Of a stretch of 64,000 nt of DNA, positions 48,769 to 56,592 are shown piece by piece. The DNA comes from Candidatus Iainarchaeum sp. (GTDB taxonomy: Archaea > Iainarchaeota > Iainarchaeia > Iainarchaeales > Iainarchaeaceae), in contig JBDRLP010000027.1 of assembly GCA_043812975.1 (NCBI GenBank), positions 32,001 to 96,000 on the forward strand, written 5' to 3'. The translations under genes and the position numbers were made by a program. The notes under the pieces were generated by a model that did not search any database, had not been told where the DNA came from, and worked only from the letters and a program-made list of their open reading frames with translations. Position 1 is the first letter of the stretch; every line of letters starts with the position of its first letter.

Positions 48769-48990
48769 TCACATCGCTCCTTTAATCACATGGCCAGCTG
48801 TATTAAACAAATAAATTCCGCCAAATACTATTATTGCAAAAATCGCAAAAATTCCCATGGGGCTAGATTCGGAAAAAACATCATTTATTGTAAAAATCTG
48901 TTGCAAGTTCGTGAAGAAAGATAATAATACAAAGCTTCCGAAAACAACAAGTAATCCAATTGCTAAAAATATTGTTTGTTTGGGTTTCAT
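48769..48990 (-). CDS. Small two-TM protein
   Basis: Two hydrophobic helices. Confidence 0.6.
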   Translation of the reverse strand: MKPKQTIFLAIGLLVVFGSFVLLSFFTNLQQIFTINDVFSESSPMGIFAIFAIIVFGGIYLFNTAGHVIKGAM

Positions 48991-49076
48991 CAGAGTAACT
49001 TTAGCCTTTTTTCCTATTTATTACAACCTATGCGTTGGAGTTAGAATAATATTGTTGTTCAAACATACTTTTATGT

Positions 49077-49685
49077 ATGGGTACTTCCATTCATGTTAAA
49101 CCAAGAAGAAAACCCAGAATAACTGTTGCTGAAAAATCAACTGTTCATCATTTCCGGCAAAAATTACCAACCACAATCCGTGGTTACCAGCCCATTTATT
49201 CAATGTTTCTAAAACATGCAATGCATGAAGGAAGGGTTTGCGGCAAATTGTTTGAAGTAGGGCCCCTTCACGGCAGGTTCATGAATTTTTTATGCAGAGA
49301 GCCATGTTTTGCACGCAACCCGGATTTTAGCGTGAGTGGCATTGAGTCTATTAAACTTGCGATTGACGCGATGCCAGAACCAGCCAAAAGCAGGACTGTC
49401 CACGCAAAAGTTGAATCCTTTGCTGAACAGCCAGGTGTGAAAGGGAGCGCTGATTTTGTTGTTGCAAGAGACCTGTTCAGTTCTCCCAGTGTATTCAAGC
49501 ATACCAAGCCAAAGATATTTCATGCGATTTCTCGTCTTGTAAGGAAAGGGGGCAAAGTTTTTTTGGAGGTTGGCGAGCCAGGCACCCTCCCAAACAAAAA
49601 GGAAATCTCAGTAGAGGGTTTCCAAGTGATTGATTCTATTTCGCAACCGGCTCTGTACCTTCTGGTTCTTGAAAAAGTTCGTTAA
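49077..49685 (+). CDS. Divergent class I SAM-methyltransferase-like protein
   Basis: LFEVGPLHG (motif I-like), VSGIE, ADFVVARDLF, LVRKGGKVFL. Confidence 0.6.
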   Translation: MGTSIHVKPRRKPRITVAEKSTVHHFRQKLPTTIRGYQPIYSMFLKHAMHEGRVCGKLFEVGPLHGRFMNFLCREPCFARNPDFSVSGIESIKLAIDAMPEPAKSRTVHAKVESFAEQPGVKGSADFVVARDLFSSPSVFKHTKPKIFHAISRLVRKGGKVFLEVGEPGTLPNKKEISVEGFQVIDSISQPALYLLVLEKVR

Positions 49686-49720
49686 ACCACCTCAGAACAG
49701 AATTTATGTTATGTTTGTCT

Positions 49721-50071
49721 TTATAGAAGTTTCAGCTCTTTTGTAAACTTATTAATTTCGCTTTCAGGAACAGGACCAATTCCGACTGCTGTTGGTTCTC
49801 CGCTTGGAATTTGTGTTCTTCCAGCATCTTTAATGAGTGCGGTTGGGAATAAGTTTTTGAGTTTTTCAAACCATTCAAGCAGTTCTTGTTTCGAACCAAC
49901 TTTAAGCACAATTTTTGCCTGTCCCTGGTCCTTCCATTCATCAATCGCTTTTGGGTCTTTTATAAGTGTTTTTTCATAAGCCGACAAAGAAGCATGACTA
50001 GATTGACTGGCAATTTTCCCTTTCCCCATTCCTAAATCACTTCTAATGATTATCACTTGTTTGTATTCCAT
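49721..50071 (-). CDS. pth2: Peptidyl-tRNA hydrolase 2
   Basis: KQVIIIRSDLGMGKGKIASQSSHA, DAGRTQ, GIGP. Confidence 0.95.
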   Translation of the reverse strand: MEYKQVIIIRSDLGMGKGKIASQSSHASLSAYEKTLIKDPKAIDEWKDQGQAKIVLKVGSKQELLEWFEKLKNLFPTALIKDAGRTQIPSGEPTAVGIGPVPESEINKFTKELKLL

Positions 50072-50165
50072 GCAAAAAACAACGCGAACAAAGAATATAT
50101 TTGTTGCTCTTGAAGGGAGATGGAAATAGAATGGCGTTGAAGGTCTTGGAATCTTTTATGACTTT

Positions 50166-50426
50166 TTATTTGAAGCTTTTGAACCATTTTTCGTATTCTT
50201 TGTGATTTTTAAAACACCTAATAATGTAAAGTGTCTCTTCTTCAAAATTATAAATGAGTCTTGCTTGTTTTGTTACTTCTTCAACAAAGTAGGGCATACC
50301 GTGCTTTAAGTGTCTTTTGAAGGGGCTTTTGAATATTTTTTCAGCGTGTTTTATGAACTGTTGTCTCAGGGAATTATCTATTTTTTCTAAGTCACTGAGC
50401 GCATTCTTAGTGTAATAAATTTTCAT
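50166..50426 (-). CDS. RelE/ParE-family toxin
   Basis: MKIYYTKNALSDLEKI, RLIY, small basic protein after antitoxin-like gene. Confidence 0.7.
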   Translation of the reverse strand: MKIYYTKNALSDLEKIDNSLRQQFIKHAEKIFKSPFKRHLKHGMPYFVEEVTKQARLIYNFEEETLYIIRCFKNHKEYEKWFKSFK

Positions 50427-50430
50427 TTAA

Positions 50431-50628
50431 TCACAGGCCAAACTTTTTTTTCACTTCCTCGTGCGTAAAAGTTTTTGTTTTGCCTGAGTGGATTCCTGCC
50501 ATTTCAGCATCAATTCCCTTGTTTACAAGAATCACTTCTTCCCTTTCTTTTTCATAAGCCTTTGCTTTTCTTTTCAAATCCAAATACTCCTTTTCAGGAA
50601 TAGTAACGATATTACTCATACTAACCAT
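50431..50628 (-). CDS. Putative antitoxin
   Basis: VTIPEKEYLDLK and C-terminal GKTKTFTHEEVKKKFGL. Confidence 0.65.
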   Translation of the reverse strand: MVSMSNIVTIPEKEYLDLKRKAKAYEKEREEVILVNKGIDAEMAGIHSGKTKTFTHEEVKKKFGL

Positions 50629-50665
50629 TTGTGCATCACTACCAATATAAGAATTACTTTTTCGG

Positions 50666-50700
50666 TTTAAAAACAAATTCAGGCATCATTGCCGGTGCGG
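50666..50700 (-). promoter_or_regulatory. CCGCACCGGCAA, 15 nt, TTTTTAAA upstream of TA pair
   Basis: Motif 50700-50689; TATA-like box 50673-50666. Confidence 0.55.
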
Positions 50701-50758
50701 AGCCATTTTCCCAAAAAACAGCCCTCTTGGAAACAGCCAATATAAGTCAGTGTTGAAG

Positions 50759-51472
50759 TTATTCCAGCTTCCAATAAATCCGTCTGTTTTCAGCACCCTT
50801 GTTCTTAAAATTCGTAATTCTCATTTTCCCTATTTCAGAAGTGTTTTTCACGTGGGTTCCGCCATCTGCCTGTACATCAAAATTTCCAATAGTAACAATT
50901 CTCAGTTCGGGAATGTTTTTTGGCAATACTCCTTTCAACCGGAATAGTTCAGGTCTTTGCAGTGCTTTTTCTGTTTCCTCATAACTAATAGTTATTTCCA
51001 GATTTTTTCCAATTATTTCATTGCTTTTTTCTTCAAAAGTTTTCAATAGTTCCCTGTCAAATTCCGGTACATTAAAATCCATTCTTGATTCTTCCAACCC
51101 AAGCTGGTTTCCGGTAATAAGTGCGCCAATTTCTTTGTTAATGATTCCTGCAAGAATATGTGCAGAAGTGTGCATTCTCATAAATTTTTCTCTTGGCTCC
51201 CAATCCAGAATACATTTTACTTTTTCTCCTTCTGCAAGAAAATTTTTAGTTTCTATCTGGTGTGAAATTTCATCGCCAAATTGCTTTGCAAAAACAACAT
51301 TTACTTTTGCCCCGTTTTCCTTTACAAGTTTTCCTGTATCTGTGGGCTGTCCTCCGCCTTGCGGATAAAAAATAGTTTTGTCCAGAACAACAAATTTTCC
51401 ATCGTTAACTTTTGTAACAATTGCGTCAGTTTCTTTAAGATATGAATTATTAAGAAAAAGTTTTTCTGTCAT
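50759..51472 (-). CDS. alaXM: AlaX-M alanyl-tRNA editing protein
   Basis: FYPQGGGQP.D.G, HTSAH, GGTHV. Confidence 0.9.
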   Translation of the reverse strand: MTEKLFLNNSYLKETDAIVTKVNDGKFVVLDKTIFYPQGGGQPTDTGKLVKENGAKVNVVFAKQFGDEISHQIETKNFLAEGEKVKCILDWEPREKFMRMHTSAHILAGIINKEIGALITGNQLGLEESRMDFNVPEFDRELLKTFEEKSNEIIGKNLEITISYEETEKALQRPELFRLKGVLPKNIPELRIVTIGNFDVQADGGTHVKNTSEIGKMRITNFKNKGAENRRIYWKLE

Positions 51473-51501
51473 AAAAAACCAGAGTTAAAAAAGTATTTTA
51501 A

Positions 51502-51990
51502 TTATGATTGATCAAAAAGATTTGACATTGGGGTTTCTGCTTCTACAGTTTCATTTTCTGTTCTTGTTTCGGTTTCAGTAGGCGTTTCCTGTACTGGAGG
51601 TTCTTCTTCTGCTTCAGCCTGTTCTGTTTGTTCAGAAATCCTGTTGCTCATTTCTGTAGGAGCTATTCCTTTGTAAATAACTTTTTTGGTCATTCCTTTT
51701 TCGCCCCATAAGTATGCTACTGTTTCTTCCTGGCCTTTAGTTGCCCAAACTGTTTTGTCATTTGCATGGTTTTCACCAGGATTTTTTAACATGAATAATG
51801 GGCTATAACCCAGTTTTACTCTGTCTCCCTGAACCTGAAGAACCTTAAAAACAGTCTCATCATTACCATTTCCTCTTATTCTGTCAAATCCTTCGTTTTC
51901 TGAAGCAGTATATTCTTCAGTAGTAATGTCTTTTTTGAACGGCGGAGCCCAGTCTGCCCTAATGGTTTTAACCTCAAAAATTGCCTTCAT
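51502..51990 (-). CDS. Hypothetical protein with acidic tail
   Basis: Start reassigned to MKAIFEV; TATATAAA upstream. Confidence 0.65.
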   Translation of the reverse strand: MKAIFEVKTIRADWAPPFKKDITTEEYTASENEGFDRIRGNGNDETVFKVLQVQGDRVKLGYSPLFMLKNPGENHANDKTVWATKGQEETVAYLWGEKGMTKKVIYKGIAPTEMSNRISEQTEQAEAEEEPPVQETPTETETRTENETVEAETPMSNLFDQS

Positions 51991-52241
51991 TGAAGAAATA
52001 AGTCTGCCGTGGTTTATATAGTTTGCTGTCGCCGCAGACCCGCGGCGGTAGGGCGTATTATCTTCGTCCCTTAAGGGGGACTCGATAATACTTGCGTTGT
52101 GTAGGAAGTCTGATCTGTGTATAAAGTCTGATTCTTGTGTAAAAAGCAAAACAAGAACAGCACAAATCAACGAATGCTTACTGAAAATATTGTGTTATAA
52201 CATTACTGTTGTGAATCATGAAATGAACGAATTGTCTATCA

Positions 52242-52799
52242 CTATTTCTTTTTGAATGTTAACCACAAAATTACTGGAGGATATGCAATTGCTGAAAGTC
52301 CAAAAAGGAGATATAAAATAGGTATTAAAGCGCTTGATAGGGAAGGAGAAAAAGAAGTAAATAGAAAAATTACCGGAATAAATCCAATTACAATTAAGGC
52401 GATAAATTTCAGGAATTTTAAGAAAACTGGCCAAAATTTTTCTTTTTGGCTAAATTTGAGCCAACCAAAAGTTAGGATAGGCAATATTATTGAACCTAAT
52501 AAAAAAAAGACGTACAAAAAGGGGGCTATGTCAAGTAATTGGGTTAATGGTCCAAATGAAATCATAAGGGCAATACTAAAGAATAGTATAGTTACAAGAA
52601 TAGGGCTTATTACTTTTACTAAGAGTTGATGTTCAGTTTTTAGTCCGTCTAAAATCTTATTATATAAAAAATAACCAAAAAGAAACATGGAATATACAAA
52701 AAGAGGGATTATAAAAATAATCCAAATAACGATTACTACAAGTGAATTAAAGGCGCCCCCAAAAGCAACTTGACCTCTTTGTTCATCTAAAATGTTCAT
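52242..52799 (-). CDS. Polytopic membrane orphan
   Basis: About five TMs; N-terminus RGQ plus hydrophobic stretch. Confidence 0.65.
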   Translation of the reverse strand: MNILDEQRGQVAFGGAFNSLVVIVIWIIFIIPLFVYSMFLFGYFLYNKILDGLKTEHQLLVKVISPILVTILFFSIALMISFGPLTQLLDIAPFLYVFFLLGSIILPILTFGWLKFSQKEKFWPVFLKFLKFIALIVIGFIPVIFLFTSFSPSLSSALIPILYLLFGLSAIAYPPVILWLTFKKK

Positions 52800-52927
52800 T
52801 TAAATCTATTAATATAAGTTTAACTTATTTATAATTAATTCGCCGTGTAGAAAGTCTTGATTCTGTGTAAAAAGCAAAACAAGAACAATAAAACAAGAGT
52901 TATAAACTAGAACAGATTTATATTATT

Positions 52928-53356
52928 ATGAAGCCTTTAGTAAAAAAGTTTTTTCAGGGTTTAATGGGTGATTTCTTAATTGCTATTGGTTTAGTGATTG
53001 GATACGCTATTGCGTTTTTCCTTCTCATTTTTGCAATAATGCTTATGCATCAATATATCGGGCCAGATTTCGTATTTATTTTTTGGCCTGTGCTGTTGCT
53101 TTTGCCTATCCTTGCGGTATTTTTGATTTTTAAATTCATAACTAACTCATGGTTTAGAGGGCTTGCCTTAATCGCTATTTCTTTGGAACTATTTTTGACT
53201 AAAATAATGTTTGGAGTGACTTCAGAAGGACTTGGGGCGACAATTAGCGATGCGGTTTCCTATGTGATGGTAGGAATTTTCTTTTTAGCAGGTCTATTAT
53301 ACTTGTTATCGGCAATTTTCAAATTTTTAAAATTCTCAGTTGGCAGCAATAAATAA
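52928..53356 (+). CDS. Four-TM membrane orphan
   Basis: Hydrophobicity pattern. Confidence 0.65.
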   Translation: MKPLVKKFFQGLMGDFLIAIGLVIGYAIAFFLLIFAIMLMHQYIGPDFVFIFWPVLLLLPILAVFLIFKFITNSWFRGLALIAISLELFLTKIMFGVTSEGLGATISDAVSYVMVGIFFLAGLLYLLSAIFKFLKFSVGSNK

Positions 53357-53400
53357 AGTCTAAGTTGTGTAAAAAGTCCTCGTTCTGTGTAATTAATAAT

Positions 53401-53715
53401 TCACTTCAATTTCACAGCAGTTCCGTATACCATTATTTCTGCTGCCGAAGCCATTATCTGGGAGGTAGTGAATCTCACGTTTATGATTGCGTCTGCTTTG
53501 AGAGCTTCTGCTTCTTCAACCATTCTTTGGGTTGATTCTTGTCTTGCTTCTGTTAGCATTTCAGTATACTCTTTGAGTTCGCCTCCAACAATTTGTCTCA
53601 AACCAGCCATAATATCTTTACCAAACCATTTTGCTCGAATCGTGTTTCCTTTTACAATTCCAATAGTTTTAGTTATTTTTTTTCCTTCTACAAAATCTGT
53701 GTTTACTAATATCAT
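53401..53715 (-). CDS. YbjQ/UPF0145 family protein
   Basis: GKDIMAGLRQIVGGELKEYTEML, YGTAV. Confidence 0.92.
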   Translation of the reverse strand: MILVNTDFVEGKKITKTIGIVKGNTIRAKWFGKDIMAGLRQIVGGELKEYTEMLTEARQESTQRMVEEAEALKADAIINVRFTTSQIMASAAEIMVYGTAVKLK

Positions 53716-53724
53716 TTTTTCACC

Positions 53725-53940
53725 TCAATATTTGTCAAATTTTTCTTTTTTAATATCATTCATTCTTTCCTGAATCAATGATGCAATTATAATTCCTGCG
53801 CCGATTATTGATATTGTCCAGCCTCCAAAAAAGGATATTGTGAAAAAGATTTCTCCAAAAACTCCGAATATTGGAAAAACAGTAAGCAAAATTAATCCAA
53901 TTATTACAATTATTATTCCAATTGATTGTGTTGTGTTCAT
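53725..53940 (-). CDS. Small two-TM protein
   Basis: Two hydrophobic helices upstream of YbjQ. Confidence 0.6.
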   Translation of the reverse strand: MNTTQSIGIIIVIIGLILLTVFPIFGVFGEIFFTISFFGGWTISIIGAGIIIASLIQERMNDIKKEKFDKY

Positions 53941-53988
53941 TGAATAAATTAACTGCAAAGGGATTAAATTAGTATTTGAATTCAGAGT

Positions 53989-54183
53989 CTAGGATTTTGA
54001 TTTCCTAAATCCTTTTCCTTCAAGATTCTCTTGTGCTTTTGTAGCAGCTGTTACTTGAGGATGTTTTTCTACGTTCATTTGATGTCTAAACTCCTCTGCA
54101 TAAGCTTCCCTGTGAGTTAAACCTCGTGTTCTATACAGCCCAATTCGCAAACTTGTTGGAGTTTTAGTAGGTCTTTTTGGCAT
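53989..54183 (-). CDS. Small basic orphan protein
   Basis: MPKRPTKTP...FRKSKS. Confidence 0.45.
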   Translation of the reverse strand: MPKRPTKTPTSLRIGLYRTRGLTHREAYAEEFRHQMNVEKHPQVTAATKAQENLEGKGFRKSKS

Positions 54184-54221
54184 ATTTCCCAAAATAATTA
54201 TGTTTTGATTCTATATTAATA

Positions 54222-54279
54222 TTCGCACCGGCAAGAATTTGAGTTCGCACCGGCAACCAACCCTAAGTTAATTTAAAAA
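54222..54279 (+). promoter_or_regulatory. nurA promoter: tandem TTCGCACCGGCAA, 15 nt, TTTAAAAA
   Basis: Copies 54222-54234 and 54244-54256; TATA-like box 54272-54279. Confidence 0.7.
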
Positions 54280-54300
54280 CCTCGAACCTTTGCTTTTACT

Positions 54301-55386
54301 ATGAATATGTCTAAAGTGATTGATTCTGCGGTTGAAACAATCCATTCAGGAGAACAAAGAAAAAAACTGGTTACTGAAAAGCTCACTCCGTTAAAATATA
54401 AGAAATTTTCTTCTCAGGAGCTCCCGGAAAAAGTATTGGTTCTTCCTGTTGAAAAGTGGATTCCCGATTGTATAATTGGAGGGGTGGATTCTGGTTTTGT
54501 TGCAAAGCGCCTTGCGTCAGTTGACCTTGTTCTGATTAGAGCTATGGGTGTCTGCTTTGATTACAAAAAGGGCATTGTGGATAAAGCCAATTATTATCCT
54601 GGTTATTTTCAGTTTCCGGAACCACATTTAAGCAATAATGCATTGGAAGAAGATGAGGCTGAGCAAAGCAAATCATTAATGCGTTTAAAAGAAGAAGTTA
54701 AAGCGTCAAAAAAATTAATTGAAGAGCATTCTCCGAAATATTTGTTTATTGATGGTTCTATTGTTCCGCAGTACCAAGACAAACCAAGAAAGGAATCTAA
54801 GTTAACTGATAATTATATTAATATTATTCAGGAGTTTGAATCTTTTTATGAATTGGCTGAAAAAAATAATTGCACATTAATTTCTACGGTGGAAGATTCT
54901 AGAGGTTCTAGGTTCAGACAGATTATTCAGGATGAAATTCTTGAGAAGGAAAAAATTCTTGAAAAAGAAAAATTAGATGGTTTGTTTGATTCTTCTTTTT
55001 TGGATTATTTTTTGAACGTAGGAGAACGCTCAAGTTGTTTTACTTACACGAAAAATATTAAACAGCATCCTGTTCTTTCTGATTTCAATGAAAAGTGGAG
55101 CAACCATATTTTTGGTTTGTACATTAAACCTTCTAATTATGACAAACCCTTGAGGGTTGAATTCATCACTAAAGGGGGCATAAAAGAAAAAGCAGATGAA
55201 GTCGCAAAAGTCGCGTTTGCTTTAAGTTCATTACATCGCGAGTATGCTTATCCTTCAATTTTAATAGAGGCGGATATGCATGCTAAATTAAAGCAGGATG
55301 AGATTGAAATTGTTTATAATAAAATAATGGATAAATTGGGTAATTCAATTAAACTAAAAATGAGGCGTGATAATAGGCCTTTTTAG
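54301..55386 (+). CDS. nurA: NurA nuclease
   Basis: GGVDSG, FIDGS, LRVEF, YAYPSILIEAD; upstream of herA. Confidence 0.85.
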   Translation: MNMSKVIDSAVETIHSGEQRKKLVTEKLTPLKYKKFSSQELPEKVLVLPVEKWIPDCIIGGVDSGFVAKRLASVDLVLIRAMGVCFDYKKGIVDKANYYPGYFQFPEPHLSNNALEEDEAEQSKSLMRLKEEVKASKKLIEEHSPKYLFIDGSIVPQYQDKPRKESKLTDNYINIIQEFESFYELAEKNNCTLISTVEDSRGSRFRQIIQDEILEKEKILEKEKLDGLFDSSFLDYFLNVGERSSCFTYTKNIKQHPVLSDFNEKWSNHIFGLYIKPSNYDKPLRVEFITKGGIKEKADEVAKVAFALSSLHREYAYPSILIEADMHAKLKQDEIEIVYNKIMDKLGNSIKLKMRRDNRPF

Positions 55387-55395
55387 GTGATTTTC

Positions 55396-55911
55396 ATGGT
55401 ATTTGAACGTTTCTCAGAAGTTGATTCAACTGTTTTCAGAAGTTCGATTCCGCGAACAAATGAAGACGTGGATTTTTTGGTTTCTAAAGGGATTTCAGAA
55501 GTGATTTCTTTTGAACTTGTTAATAAATCATTGAGCGCCTATGCGGAATCAAAAGGAGTTAAGTTTCATGATTTTTCAACTATTGATCAGGATTATTTGC
55601 CTGATAAGAGAGAGGCAACTGCGTTTTTCAAAGTAATAAAAAACGCTGAAGTTTCAGGAAAGAAAGTTTTGCTTCATTGCAGTGCGGGTTTGCAGAGGTC
55701 TGGTGTGATGGTTGCTGTTTATTTGGTTGGAAAAGGAATGCATCCACTTCAAGCATACCAATTCGCAGGCACTGCCGAAGTTACAATTAAAGAACCATTG
55801 ATGCGTGAGGCGAATGCGTTAAAAGATCTTTACACTAATATTAGAAAAGAGAGGCCTGGTTCAAGAAAATTGAGACATGTTGTAAAAAAACCAAGGAGAA
55901 AATTGAAATGA
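55396..55911 (+). CDS. Cys-based PTP/dual-specificity phosphatase with basic C-tail
   Basis: VLLHCSAGLQRSG (CX5R). Confidence 0.85.
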   Translation: MVFERFSEVDSTVFRSSIPRTNEDVDFLVSKGISEVISFELVNKSLSAYAESKGVKFHDFSTIDQDYLPDKREATAFFKVIKNAEVSGKKVLLHCSAGLQRSGVMVAVYLVGKGMHPLQAYQFAGTAEVTIKEPLMREANALKDLYTNIRKERPGSRKLRHVVKKPRRKLK

Positions 55912-56024
55912 TTTGTCCAAAATGCGGAAATGATTCTTTTGAAGAGCTTCCTTTAGAAAAAGGAAAACAAAAAAGATGCAGAAAGTGCGGTTTTGTGGGA
56001 AATCCGATGAGTGATTTCACGTGA
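55908..56024 (+). CDS. 38-aa Zn-ribbon peptide (not in ORF track)
   Basis: MICPKCG...RCRKCGF; ATGA and GTGA overlaps on both sides. Confidence 0.7.
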   Translation: MICPKCGNDSFEELPLEKGKQKRCRKCGFVGNPMSDFT

Positions 56025-56203
56025 CTCAAAAAGAAAAAAATAAAGTAACTTTTTGTTCAAGCTGCGGTTCTACAAATGTAAAACCAAGTTATGCAATGGG
56101 AACTATTGATAATCGTGTTGAGTGCTTGGATTGTAAAACTTTAGAGTTTCCTGTTGAGGCTGAGGAAAAGTTCAGGAAAAAGTTTATGGAGAGGAAAAAA
56201 TGA
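56021..56203 (+). CDS. Zn-ribbon protein
   Basis: FCSSCGS...ECLDCK. Confidence 0.75.
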   Translation: MTQKEKNKVTFCSSCGSTNVKPSYAMGTIDNRVECLDCKTLEFPVEAEEKFRKKFMERKK

Positions 56204-56592
56204 GCAGATCGCCTTTTTATTATGAGCACTCCCCAAAACTATTTTCAGGAAGGATTTCTTTAATAAAATCCGATTTAGATTATTTGAATAGTAAAGGAAT
56301 CAAAAAATTAGTCTTATTACAGGATGTGAATGATAATATATTGAATGCTCTTAGAACTGCCGGTTTTGCCGTTAAAGTTTTTCATTTAGGTACAAATCCC
56401 CCTTATGATTCAGAAAAATTAAGAGTGGTTTCTCGCGCTATGGCTTCTGCTAGAGTTTCTTTGCAAAAAAATGAAGGAGTGGCTGTTTTATGCAATCAAG
56501 GATTTCGTTCATTTGACATTTGTAAAGAAATTCATAATCCTATTGACAGGAAAAGATTAACCAAAACTCGAATTAGGCGGTTGAGAAAATGA
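56200..56592 (+). CDS. Degenerate PTP-like protein with Arg-rich tail
   Basis: DLDYLNSKGIKKLVLL parallels DVDFLVSKGISEVIS; VAVLCNQGFRS (CX4R). Confidence 0.6.
   Translation: MSRSPFYYEHSPKLFSGRISLIKSDLDYLNSKGIKKLVLLQDVNDNILNALRTAGFAVKVFHLGTNPPYDSEKLRVVSRAMASARVSLQKNEGVAVLCNQGFRSFDICKEIHNPIDRKRLTKTRIRRLRK

Larger units (their letters stand above)
52098..53392. repeat. Three clusters of ~19-bp TGTGTAAAAAGTC-type direct repeats
   Basis: 52098-52159, 52845-52887, 53355-53392; 24-mer tgtgtaaaaagcaaaacaagaaca identical at 52136 and 52864. Confidence 0.8.

Noticed and set aside
51991..52170. N-terminal extension of ORF 51502-52170
   Set aside because: Runs through the promoter, hairpin and repeats.
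52098..53392. CRISPR array or intact IS
   Set aside because: Repeats are degenerate and separated by whole genes; no transposase ORF.
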